In this document: in pieces, positions 43,118 through 55,300 of the stretch | Layout of the letters: each line of letters begins with the position of its first letter | How positions within the stretch are numbered: the first letter of the stretch is position 1 | Assembly: GCF_036588685.1 (NCBI RefSeq) | Contig: NC_086373.1 | Coordinates: 73,346,001 to 73,410,000, forward strand | DNA: 64,000 nt | From: Mytilus trossulus | Taxonomy: Eukaryota | Reading direction: 5' to 3' | The notes under the pieces: model-generated | What the model was told of the DNA's origin: nothing | What the model saw: the letters and a program-made list of their open reading frames with translations, nothing else | Databases searched by the model: none | Made by a program: the position numbers and the translations under genes

Positions 43118-45558
43118 AATAGTTATTTTTCGACATTTTTTGATATTAATATAAAACCATATAGATAGAACTTTTCTTATTTTTTGCGTGTATCAACCCT
43201 ATTTTAATAGGAATATAACCAGATAACTCTAACTACTAGTACTCTTTTCATCCTCTAGAGATCCGTCAAAGTTGAATAGTAGTGTAAAAACAATGTTTGT
43301 GTTTGTCCTACGCGCGACGCATTTTAGGGGACAAAGAAATACCGTCTATCGTCTGCACATCTGTTAAAGTTTTAAGCGCCCATACGTGTACAATTCATGA
43401 CATTTAAAAAAAAATTAGATCACATTTTTAATAACAATGTCTTGGACAAGTTCGAAAATGAGAGCCGATTAACTCGATTTTCAATAGAGTCATTACCTTT
43501 ATCAATATCAATTATGTGAAAAATTGCATTATTAGCGCTCACGTGTACATCTTTTGCTAGAAGTTTTTATTGAAAGTATATCAGCAATGTCTAGAACAGG
43601 TTCGAAAATGAGTGTCGATCATATTTTTTAAAAGAATCATGCTCCTGGTGAATATCAAGTTATTTAGATTGCATTTCGTTTGTTCTCAAGCCTTGATTTT
43701 TCTAAGATGCTTATGAAAAGTTCTGTTAAGTTATTGCCTTGGAACAATCAAACTATTTGCACTGTGGGGAACCCTGGAAATATATTCCTTTTTCTGTTGA
43801 TTCAATTCTTGCATTCTCTATTTTTTCACTTTTCTCAATTGACAATCATTCACTCACAACCAAACGTCAGAAGGAAAAAGACAAGTCACATATTGAGCTT
43901 TCATGGTGGGATTCATGTTGCTAAGTCTCTAGTTTTCTATGATGTGTTGTGTGTACTGTTGTTTGTCTGTTTGTTTTTCTCTTTTTTTTAGCCATGATGT
44001 TGTCAAATTGATTTCGACTCATGTGTTTGAATGTCTCTTTGGCATCTTTCGACTCTCTTTTCTCTTCTGGTTATATCGATAGCCACATATCTAAGACCAT
44101 TGGAATAAAAAGGGGTTCCATTATGTACATTGTATGTACCCTTCCATTCAATATACAGTTTGCTTCTGGAATAGCACAATACCATTTCAATTCTCCTTAA
44201 TTTGTTCTCAAATGAAGTTCACTTTGCAACAGGAGTTCCTATTAACTCTTAATTGGGAAATATATGACTACAACGAACAGTATATTATATACCAAATTCA
44301 CATAAATTCTCAGTATATGATGGATCTAACTCATTTAAAGTCAGAATTATGGCTGATTGCAGTTTAAAGTGATCATAACTTTTAAGCTCATATTCAGTTC
44401 CAAATATTAGTAGACATATTTCCCATTAGTATTGCCTGATATATTATACTTTGTTCGATCGATATTGAGATTCTGACTTATCACACATCAACAATCATCA
44501 TTACACTGAATTCAGTTATATTATTACGTTAGCATACTCATGAGGGAGGTCTGTAGCAACGATATAATGCTTAGTAGATACAAATTTTAAAGGATAAACG
44601 TGATGTCAAATATCGATTTCATCTATCAAACATAATACAAATGTGATTTATAACGTATGAATGAATGGATGAATATTATTTCTCATTAGCTACTAATTAC
44701 ATAGTTACAGAGAATTTATATTTATATATATATGTAAACAATTACATTAAATATTAAAGCACTTGTGACCAATACAGACAATGTATTTTTGAATTACAGG
44801 CTAACCAGAACGAGTGGGCCTCATATTTATCATTTTCATAACTCTCTATAGTGTTTCAAGAACAACACACTTACTCGAGCACATTTATTGCTGAAATTGA
44901 TATTTCAGTATGTATTTAAGTACCAAACTTAGCTTACAGCCTCTTTATGTCTTGATGAAGAGAATAACATGACATGACATAATGATATTCCTCACCGATG
45001 TCTCTTGATTTGAAAAGATGGACCATCCTTTTATTTCTGGATATGATGTTCCAACTTCCCGTTTCAATGGGTAATCGGTGACTTCCACATCTAAATTTGC
45101 ACTGTCATTTTTGTTTATTATTGACAATTTAAAAAAAAATAACTTTCCAATTTAACATCAGATACCTTTACGTACACATCTAAGTCACATATTACTCGTA
45201 AAATTAGAATCTTAGAAAGACAATAATCTATATAAATAATACAGAAATTGCATAATGTTCTTGCTACCGACTATAATCAATTTGTACGTGTGAATAGCAT
45301 TTTCAGTCATTAATATTTAATGTATAAACAAAGTTCTTTAATGTAAGGGGTCCAAAAGCATAATTTTGCTATTTGATAAGGAACTATTCGATTTGAATTT
45401 TCCTTGGGTATTTTTGTTCCATTTAACTTTGTGTTGCTAACAAAATACACATATGAATGATGTAGTCTGGATTATCTTGTAGTACAGCAAAAGTGAAATA
45501 AAAGTCCTCCTCGATTAGAAAAAAACATCTTCTCATTATAACTTTGACTCCCCTTTAA

Positions 45559-46093
45559 GGAGGCTCGCGGGTACAAAAATTTCAACCAAAATTAGTTATT
45601 AGTAGTATTAGTTATTACTTTATGATATGGTACAAAAATCAACCCAAAAAATCGATTCGGTTTGGCCCCAGATGACTTTCAAATGTTTATATCATTGAAA
45701 AGGCTCCAAATTATCTCCTTTTGGTGCCAAAATGCCATTTTTTTTTTACATTAAAATTGAAATCTCTTTTTTAACTCATCGGTGACCTACATTTTTTATT
45801 ATTGTTTTCAAATAAGCTGTACACAAACAAAATGATTGTAAAATTTAAGCGATTTCTGTCATTTATTTTTATTTTCATTTTGATATTACCTTTATTTGTT
45901 CTATTAGTTCAACAAAAAAAAAGGACATTAAAAAAAATGTATGCTTTTTTCAGAGGCAGATTGTGAGCTTAAATGAACGGTGACCCCATTTTTTTATTTC
46001 ATTTTTCTATTAAGTATATGATAAAGTTCCTTTATACATATACAACCAAATCCTATATTACACAAAACATTTGATTTATACCCGCGAGCCCCC
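45559..46093. mobile_element. Kolobok-type MITE, TTAA TSD
   Basis: ttaa|GGAGGCTCGCGGGTA ... TACCCGCGAGCCCCC|ttaa (14/15 TIR). Confidence 0.88.
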
Positions 46094-46959
46094 TTAAGCT
46101 GTGTAATGATGACGCGAAAACAACCAATGTCTAAAAAAAATATGTGTAACAAGTCAGGAATATGACAGTATGTATCCATTCGTTTGGTGTGTTTGGGTTT
46201 TGGACATTGCCATTTGATTAGGGACTTTCCTTTTTAAATTTTCCTTTGAGTTTGATATTTTTGTTATTCTATTTTTTTCAATTTTATGAGCAGAATACTC
46301 ACAGACATGGAAACTGAATTATAACCGTAACAGGGTATTTATTTACAGATGTTATGGTTATTTATCTTTTTATTTTTTGTTTGTTTTCCTCAATCTTGTT
46401 TTTAGGTGGAATTTGATATCTTGAGTAAAATGTCGGTTATGCAAAGATAACAAACCAATGCAACTAGAAAAAACAAACAGAATTTAAATGTAACCGACGG
46501 AAGATTATAGAAATGGCATATGTATGTACTATACATTGTACATTTTTTAACAGAAAGTTATGATATGTGAAAAATTAAAGGGTATTCTGATATTTCATTG
46601 GACGATAATACAGATAATAACGGGAAATGAAGAAAAAACATATAAACAAATATGTTTGAAATAGTTAAATTTTAAAGATAATCAAGTTTAGTGATTGGCC
46701 TCGCCATTTCAAATGTTCTTTTCCATGTTGTATCCCTAATAAAAGTCATAAATTTTCGTTGACTATAAAAAATCAAGCGGACATATCAAAGTTTTGAGTG
46801 TGTAAAAAAGCAACAAAAAAAACTTTATAAGTTTTATGCGTTAGAAATGATTTACTGAATTCACTTCCATCCTCTGGCTTAAAGTCAAACATTTAGTTTT
46901 TGTTTTAGAACCAATAATTATGAATATATCTTTCCCTTATAAAGTCATAACAGTTTGGT

Positions 46960-47225
46960 CAGTTGAAATATCTTCGGTATGGTCATATTTATAAATTAAC
47001 AAAACTGAATTGCTGTAGGGATGGTGTATCTTAGAAATAAATCATCTATCTGTATTTGTATTTGGAAAAAAAACCAGATTGTAACTGTTGGTACTTCATG
47101 CTCGTCAATTTCGTGCTTCAATTGGTCTTTTAACTTTTTTATTCGATCGGCGTTAGTGAGTTTTTTGTAGACAAATCGAGCGTCTGTCGTACAAATCATA
47201 AGTCTGTGATATTTGATGAGTTTTT
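46960..47225 (+). mobile_element. Highly decayed retrozyme-related copy
   Basis: ggtcatatttataaatt... and a broken hammerhead (ggcgttagtgagttttttgtagacaaatcgagcgtctgtcgt); a related fragment lies at ~42620-42730. Confidence 0.5.
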
Positions 47226-47475
47226 TTATACAGCTTACTTACACTTACATTTCTACTTGTTACACTGGTTATAGTTCATGTTGTTCTTTTTATTGGTGTT
47301 CCTTGTCTTGTACTTTTTTACTTGGTCTTCAACGATAAACCAGTGAACACATCTTCATCAAAAGAGGGTAATAATACAAGGGCAATATTTAAAACTCATT
47401 AGATCAAGAGAAATGCAATGGCACATGTGGCACACTGTCCTGTACCAAGTCAGGAAAATGGCTCTTGTTATATTA

Positions 47476-48014
47476 TCTATAATACTTAAATTACGAGGTC
47501 CAATTTGTCAGCCGTCATCACGTAAAAACGATGATCAAAGAATTCAACCTTATATATAACTAATATAGTACAATAGTGTTGATTAAAAATTACACCACTC
47601 CAGGCCCATTTGTTTTCCACGTAATTAATACTGCCAATAAATAAGAAGTTCCGAGTCGAGTCCGACACCGATACCAATAGTATATTCAACTGTTACCTAT
47701 TCCTACATGATCTGTATGTTTCGCATTTGACAGGCGCACCACCAAACGGTCTATTTAGAATTTTGCTGTATACTGTTAAAAAGTACTCCACGGCCCTTTT
47801 GTTTTGCAAATTAATAATATTACCAATAATTGATAGGTTCCAGGTCGACGGGTTCAACATGTTCAAACAGAAAGATTTTGAAAACAGAGAAAACTGTGCA
47901 TCTTATAATCGGCATGACTTGATCAGATGACAATACCAATACTAAAATAAGGCATACGCATAGTTATATACTTTGATTCAGTCACGGACCCGCAATATCA
48001 CGGGTGTGTTCTAG
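47476..48014 (+). mobile_element. Non-autonomous Helitron
   Basis: A|TC start, subterminal hairpin ACCCG-caatatca-CGGGT (47988-48005), CTAG|T end, no TSD. Confidence 0.75.
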
Positions 48015-48949
48015 TATATATAAAAAAAGAAGATGTGGTATGATTGCCAATAAGACAACTGTCCACAAGAGACCAAAATGACACAGACATTAACAACGAT
48101 AGGTCACCGTACGGCCTTCAACGATGAGCAGAGCCCATACCGCATAGTCAGCTAAGGCCCCGATAAAACAATGTAAAACAATTAAAACGAGAAAACAATT
48201 TTGTGTTTACTCGGATTTCAGTGTTTGTGTGATTTTACTTTATACAACCATCATTTCGTGTATAAAACATCAGAAATTGTTTTGTAAACGTAAATGCATT
48301 AACTTGTTGTAAATCATAAATCTACAGCTTGCATTCGAGTTATTTAAGAGTTTTGTTTTAAATCCAGTTAAAACCCTGTGATTAAACATTTCGTTTTTTA
48401 ATGTTTTCAATAAATTCCCTGGTTAATTATACCTTTCAGTTTCCTAAAATGTTAATGGTAGCTGATTAATGAGCGTACGTATAATTGTTACCTTGAAAAT
48501 AGAAAGATGTGTGAAACTAAACACGCACACAGAAACATCAATATAGGATTTTATCTAGTTCAAATTCAGTTTAGTTCATCCATATACAATAGATTTTGGT
48601 CATTTAATGTTTTTTATAAATAATCCGCAGGCGCTCGGAAAAAAATATGTCATAGACTTAAAAATACTTCATCCCGTTTTATGATAAGGTTAATATGATT
48701 ATTTACCACTTTGTCGTGCAATGATTGCACAATTATTCTTTTCGATTTACAATGTACATAGTTGCGTTTATCCTAAAGCCTGGGCGATGATTTCACGGCA
48801 ATTTCACTTTGCGACTTTTCTTGTAATAACCAGACATCGAATGAATGCATGCAAACCGTTCTCACAGTCTTAGAAAAAATCGCAATCAAAACATTTTCGG
48901 ACCAATCATACCAATATTTCGAATTTAATTTAAAAATTAAACGGTAGAC

Positions 48950-50700
48950 ATTATCTGTGAACAAAGCTCTGTTCATTACCGGTTAATAGGTTAAATAAAA
49001 TTTTAGAGGATTGCAGCACAATTTCATATAACAGTCCTAAGTATGAAATAGTTCAAATTATTATGGCATATTGTTATTCTAAACTATTTCCAAAAATTGA
49101 TCGACCTGAAAATCATAAAAAAACATTTTATTAAAATAAAGTATGTCAATAAAGGTTTTGATTTTGTAAATATTGCCGGTATATTTAACGACCATTCTAT
49201 TAAAGAACAAATTCCTGGATATGTTGACAATACTGAGGTCCCTCTTATTTGTTATATTTACAAGAAATCTACTCGAAAAAAATTGTGTTCAATTATAACC
49301 AATTGTGTAAAGATGTTAATATCAGTGAAAATACACCTACTTCATGTAATTGTATTAATTCCGCATACATTTATGGAACAATTTCCCATGTTATAACAGG
49401 AGACCTTAACATCGTTCAAGACCGAGAGTTTAAAGCATTCCTCAGTAAAGGACCTAAATATCGTTCCCCTTAAGTTATTAATTGGAATGAGTGTCGTAAT
49501 ATCATCCACGACGCACTCCGTACTTACTGTTTGAAATGGATAAAACGGGAAAAGGCTAACAAAAAATCTTTGGACTCTTTTTTCAATTCAGTAATGAACA
49601 TAGTTGTTATACGTATTCAACATTTTTAAGAGCATTTTATTATTAACATAACCACAATAAACCTATTTCTCGTATCAAACATAAACTAAAAGAACTAGCC
49701 AAGTAATTTGTTTTTATCCCGGCCGATAAAGCTGCTAATAATATTATTATGGTTTGACGTAAATTTTACATTGAGGTTCTGAAAAAAGAAATTAACAATT
49801 CACCAACATTCCAACTGACTCCATTTTCAGAAAACGACATCTGTAACAAACATAAAATTTTAGCTTCCGCTTTACAAGCAGAACCAAATACAATGAAAGT
49901 CCCAACTATGTATTGGCTTCCGAAGCTCCAAAAAAAACCTTACAAATATTTGTATTGCTATGAGTTACAATTTATGACAAAAATCAGCAAAGACCAGGGC
50001 AGTGGTCATTGTTAGTGTTATCTTTATTTAAAGTAAGTTCAACATGATAAATTTCTTTAGTATACATACTGAAGTCGTCATTATTGAGAGCCAACGTGTC
50101 ATCCAAATATCTAAAAGTATTATTAAATTTGTTTATCAGATGTTGTTTCGATTGGTCTTTGCTGATTTTTGTCATAAATTGTAACTCATAGCAATACAAA
50201 AACAGGCCCGCAATAAGTGGTGCACAGTAAGTCCCAATTGGAATTCCGATAACCTGACGGTAAATTTTGTTTAATTTCTTTGGTTACATCTTCTGACATA
50301 AGACTCGGACTTCTCTTAAATTGAATTTTAAATGTACATATTGTTATGCGTTTACTTTTCTACATTGGCTACAGGTATAGGGGGAGAGTTGACATATCAT
50401 AAACATGTTTAACACTGCCGCATGTTTGCGCCCGTCCCAAGTCAGGAGCCTCTGATCTTTGTTAGTCTTGTATTATTTTAATTTTAGTTTTTTGTGTACA
50501 ATTTGGAAATTAGTATGGCGTTCATTATCACTGAACTAGTATAAAAAATTATATTTGTTTAGGGGCCAGCTGAAGGACGCCTCCGGGTGCGGGAATTTTT
50601 CGTTACATTGAAGACCTGTTGGTGACCTTCTGCTGTTGTTTTTTCTATGGTCGGGTTGTTGTCTCTTTGATACATTCCCAATTTCCATTCTCAATTTTAC
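48950..50700 (+). mobile_element. Penelope-like retroelement (same family as 6997-8676), internally deleted and partly inverted
   Basis: HVITGDLNIV...LSKGPKYR, FVFIPADKAANN, PTMYWLPKL on +; RT core (GIPIGTYCAPLI...FRYLDD) inverted at 49997-50260; 3' end on + to 50700. Confidence 0.9.
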
Positions 50701-51058
50701 ATAATATAGTCACGAGAAAGTACGGTTTATTAATTTACTTTCCATAACTTGGAATGTTTTTAAAATAGTACTCTACCACATTTAAATAAGTCACCATTTT
50801 TGGGGGATATAAGCGAAATATATTTGTTTTACTTATTATATTTATCTGAAAACCTTTTTTTCCAAAAACATAAAGTGTCTGTGGTAAAGTTGTAGGTATC
50901 CCACATTAAATTTTGTTCTATTTATATCGCTGTTGTTCTTTCATATTTTAAAAGAAATTTAAATGACTATGTAATGAATATTAAAGAGCTAGACTATGCG
51001 ATGAAAAGTCAAAATTCTTACTTTATACTTGTTTGGCTTAATAAATATTTTAATCTGA

Positions 51059-51107
51059 GCGTCACTGATGAGTCTTATGTAGACGAAACGCAACGCACGT
51101 CTGGCGT
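51059..51107 (+). ncRNA. Type I hammerhead ribozyme, core intact, in a truncated retrozyme copy (51021-51139)
   Basis: gcguca-CUGAUGA-GUCU(uaugu)AGAC-GAAA-CG(caacgca)CG-UC^-uggcgu: stems I, II, III and all core nucleotides present; predicted cut after 51101. Confidence 0.85.
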
Positions 51108-51720
51108 ACTAAATTATAATCCTGGTACCTTTGGTAACTTTTCTTTTTGTTGTGGAAAATTCCAATAGTGTGTATGTGAAATGATGATTAATAAGAGTAT
51201 AAGAGTCGCTGTATAATTACCAATGCGACAACTATCCATAAACCAAACTAACAAAAAAATGTGAACAACAACATTGACAGTACTGTATGAAATTAATTCC
51301 GAGGAGGAACTGACCAAAATAACATGGTAAATAGAAGATAAGATTAACAACGGTACTGTTTACAATTGACAAAATAAGATTGATCAACATTCACCTAAAT
51401 GAGAACTAGTGCCCCACTGAAAAGGTTAGTTACACAGTTCCTGTGCTACTTGTGACACCCGTTATGTATCTCTTAATAAGTAAAAGTCATAATAAAATAT
51501 TTAGTTTTGGAACGCGCAGAACAGTTAGAACTGTGGTTTTTATATCTGTGATTTGGTATCATTGTTTAGTTTAAAATGAAGATGAAGATAAGTTGCTAGT
51601 GTAAAATTATTAATGAGAAAAAACAACCAACACCAAAAACTGTAAAGCACGAATTAGGAATGCTGCGATAATACAAAACAAGTTTACTCGTCAGGATCAT
51701 ATAAATTACCAAATACGTAT

Positions 51721-52372
51721 AGATTATTACATGGCATTTTACATATCAGACCCTTTATCGGCCCAAGGCTATGATATCAGCCCAAGAGCCGCAGGCTAAT
51801 ATCATGAACGAGGGCCGATAAAGGGTCTGATTTGAAAAATGACATGGAATTATCTTTTTATCATATACTTCAGCAGAAGAAATACAGACAAGAACTATTA
51901 AAATTTAATTTTGTTTGTCTTAGCATTTTCAGATAATATTTACAGACAATCAAAAAAAAATCTTAACTTTTTATTGCATGCTATTACAAGCATATATTTA
52001 TATGTTCACAACAATTATCATGTTCTTCATTAATACTGTCAACCCATTTATGTCTTTTAAAACAAGTTTAATTTAATTTATTTTTGCTCCTCAACCATTT
52101 TAGGAAAAGTCTTAGCACTTGCCGTTTTCCGCGTTCTGTTGACGTTTTCCAGAAATGTACGAAGTTGCATGTGATAAACGTCACGGACATTAACGGAAAG
52201 GCATGTGATAACATACCGGAAGCAGTCAATAAAGGTACCTTTATCAGTCCGCTATTGAAATTCCAAGGAATCTGGTCAATAAACCTAGTAATCCTTTCAT
52301 AGCATTTTGATATTTTCAAATGTTATTGAACTGTAAAATTTTAGTAATATTTAATACAAGTATATGATAAAA
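51721..52372. mobile_element. Non-autonomous element with terminal palindrome and short inverted repeat pair
   Basis: Hairpin 51721-51855 (atcagaccctttatcggccc / gggccgataaagggtctgat) then tttatcatatactt, whose inverse lies at 52358-52371; superfamily not determined. Confidence 0.6.
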
Positions 52373-55300
52373 TACAGTAAAACACAACGTACCAATCACC
52401 GTCAACTGAATCCTTTGACAAATAGACAAACAAAAAAACAACAAGCAAACAAACAGGCATGATCAAGTTAATCAGATTTGATATACTTTTTTAAAAATTG
52501 TGTTTAACGTTCACACAGGAACTTCTTATCGGATGTTAACCATGTTTCGTAAAATAGAGTAAGCAATAACAAATCTCTGAAGTCATGCCCCCGTCCGAAA
52601 ATCACTCACTTGTAAAAATGAACAATTGATGGGACAAAGATTCTATAGAAAGTCAGTTCTAAAATATGCTCGATACTACAGAAAACTAGTTTATGAAGCA
52701 ACAGCAGTCTGTTAAAGACTGTCGTACAAAAAAACTTCAGAATAATCAGAAACACTATTCCTAACAAAAAGATTTTTTTTAAATCGGAAGGATGTGTGTG
52801 AGGCCAGTTAGATTTAAAAATCAGCTAATAATTCAATCCTTTGTTTTTATATGATGAAAGACCCATACACAGTTTAAATTTATGGTTTTTGAATGTCACA
52901 GTTCTATTAGCAACATTTCAATAGTCGGGGTTAGGGTGATAAATATAGTCTTATGAATTAACAAACTTGTCTCGTATATTATCTCTGATCATAGCTCTTA
53001 ACAATTGTATTTCGTATATGATTATCTTAAAGGTCGGAATGAGTGAGATAGTTCTTAATTTGCGAAAGAAAAGGTTGAGAAACATTTATTTTTATCAACC
53101 TATATTTTACGAAGAAGATAATATTTGTTATAAGTGCAACATTACCACAATAGAAGTACATGTTACACTTCCCTATCTATATATACAAATCTTAAGGTTA
53201 AATCTGTATTATAATTATAAGCATTGTACATAACTTGAGAAAATACGAAATGGTTGACACATCGATTGTTACATATGTGATTTTGGTAAAACCGGTGTCT
53301 TTCTGTATTGATCTTCTATCCGCTGTCTGTGTATATATTCAAAAGATAAGTGATTTAACGAAAATGCAGATTATATAACAGTTTATAAGATAACATTGTT
53401 TACATTACTGGAGGTTGGTTATAAGTACAGTTGGAGTATATCAGTACGAAGGTAAGATGTTTGCGATAATTGGTTAGACAAGCGCGTGTCAGTAAAAAAT
53501 TGTTAAATGAAATATTGCATTTTATTTTTTATATATAAAAAAGAAGATCTGGTATGATTGCCAAAGAGACAACTCTCCACAATAGACCAAAATGACACAG
53601 ACATTAACAACTATAAATCACCGTACGGCCTTTAACAATAAACAAAGACCATACAGAATAGTCAGCTATAAAAGGCCCCGAATCTTTACTTTTATTGATT
53701 TTTTAAAGCATATTGGATCCTTGTCCGGATATACACCAGTGTACTTCATGAGACCAGAAGTCATCGGACGCCTCATAAATAAACTTCTGATAACTTGATA
53801 AGACAGGTTAAATACGGATAAAGCTTTGATAACTAGATGAGTATTAGTCCCCTGTTACGGAGATACCAGGTATTGTTTTAAAATGTTGACCTAAACTAAA
53901 GGGTTGGACCACTGCAAACTCAATGTTGGGTCTCGCCTGTCAAATTGCAGCCTGTTCTCTAGAGGATATTTATTGTTTCGCAGTATGTGGTTTTTCTAGC
54001 AAATGATTTTTCAATCGTTTTGTATCAATGAAAATGGCACAACATTTTATTCCGTTATATTTAACTCGCCGTTTGTATATTCAAGTGTGTGCTTATTCAA
54101 GTGACTATCGCATTTTTTTTTTAATTTCAAGCAGTATTAATGTGTTATTTTCTCCGCAAGAAGAATATCGGGTATGTTCAGATCGCTTATTCGCATGGAC
54201 AGATGCTGTTGTTTGTTGATATCAGCTATATTTTGGGGTCATTGATTTTCAAAACGAATAGCAATGCAAGTACTATATAATGTACGCAATAACTTTCACG
54301 TTTCGTTGGAATCCTCAGTTGAAGTAATATGTTGTTTTAGTGGTACAAGTAATTTTCATCGGTCTCGATCCAGCCGATAGATTATGCATTATCTCTTTAA
54401 TAACAAATTAATTCTTCTTTACACATTTATGTTACGGTTGATATATTTGTTTGTCATAAGAAAATATAAGATAATATTATATGTCAACTCTTGGAAAATT
54501 CAATTCTATTTGACAACAAATGACTATGGCCAAGTTTATACGGTCAAAGAAAACGTTGACCAAGTTAGCTTTGATAGTGATAACTGGGCTTTAAACGTAT
54601 CAATACATGTGTTCTCTATTGTTGCGTTTCAACGTAATGGTAGCAAATTCCAATAGATATACAATTGTTAAACAATTTTCGAAATCTCATAAAAAGTTCC
54701 TAAAAGTCACTTTTCTCAGTAATATTTACAACATAAAATGTCTCGCCGTTTTCTCAGAAAAAAAACAGGTTAAAGTTGACACATGATCTAATAGTACAAG
54801 TATATTGATTCGAGAATTTAAAAAAAATACCGTTTTCGGACTGTCAGTACAAGTGTAGTCTTATAAAGGTTGACACTAAACGTATTATAATTGATGCGTG
54901 TAATTTCCATTGTTACTATACTGCCGTGGAAATTGAACTTTTTTTTAAAAGTAAAACAATTATCTCTGAATGTACCGTAATTAAGTTTTATTGTTTTCAA
55001 TAGTACATGAATGTGATTTTTATTCAATTCGCTGCCAATGAATTATTTACATCCTTTATATGTTTCCCGATAAGATATGTAATAAGGTTTTGTTAGATGT
55101 TAAGCAGTGCGTAGAATTGCCCTACCTTAGGTTTAATCACTTTATACACCATTTTATAAATAACTTTTGAACAGTATGGAGGTAAGTTGGATTTTAAATT
55201 ATGTGAAATGTAAATAAAATGATTGATTTAAAAACGGCGAAAGAATCATATCATGGATCGTCTCGTGTGGAAGGTCGTCTGCTTTAAGATCTTTGGAATT

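Noticed and set aside
50375-50470. HDV-like ribozyme reading of the CCTG-TCCCAAGT-CAGG region
   Set aside because: A P3/L3-like hairpin and a partial P1 can be drawn, but no P2 partner or catalytic-C junction was found and the P1.1 GG is not conserved across families.
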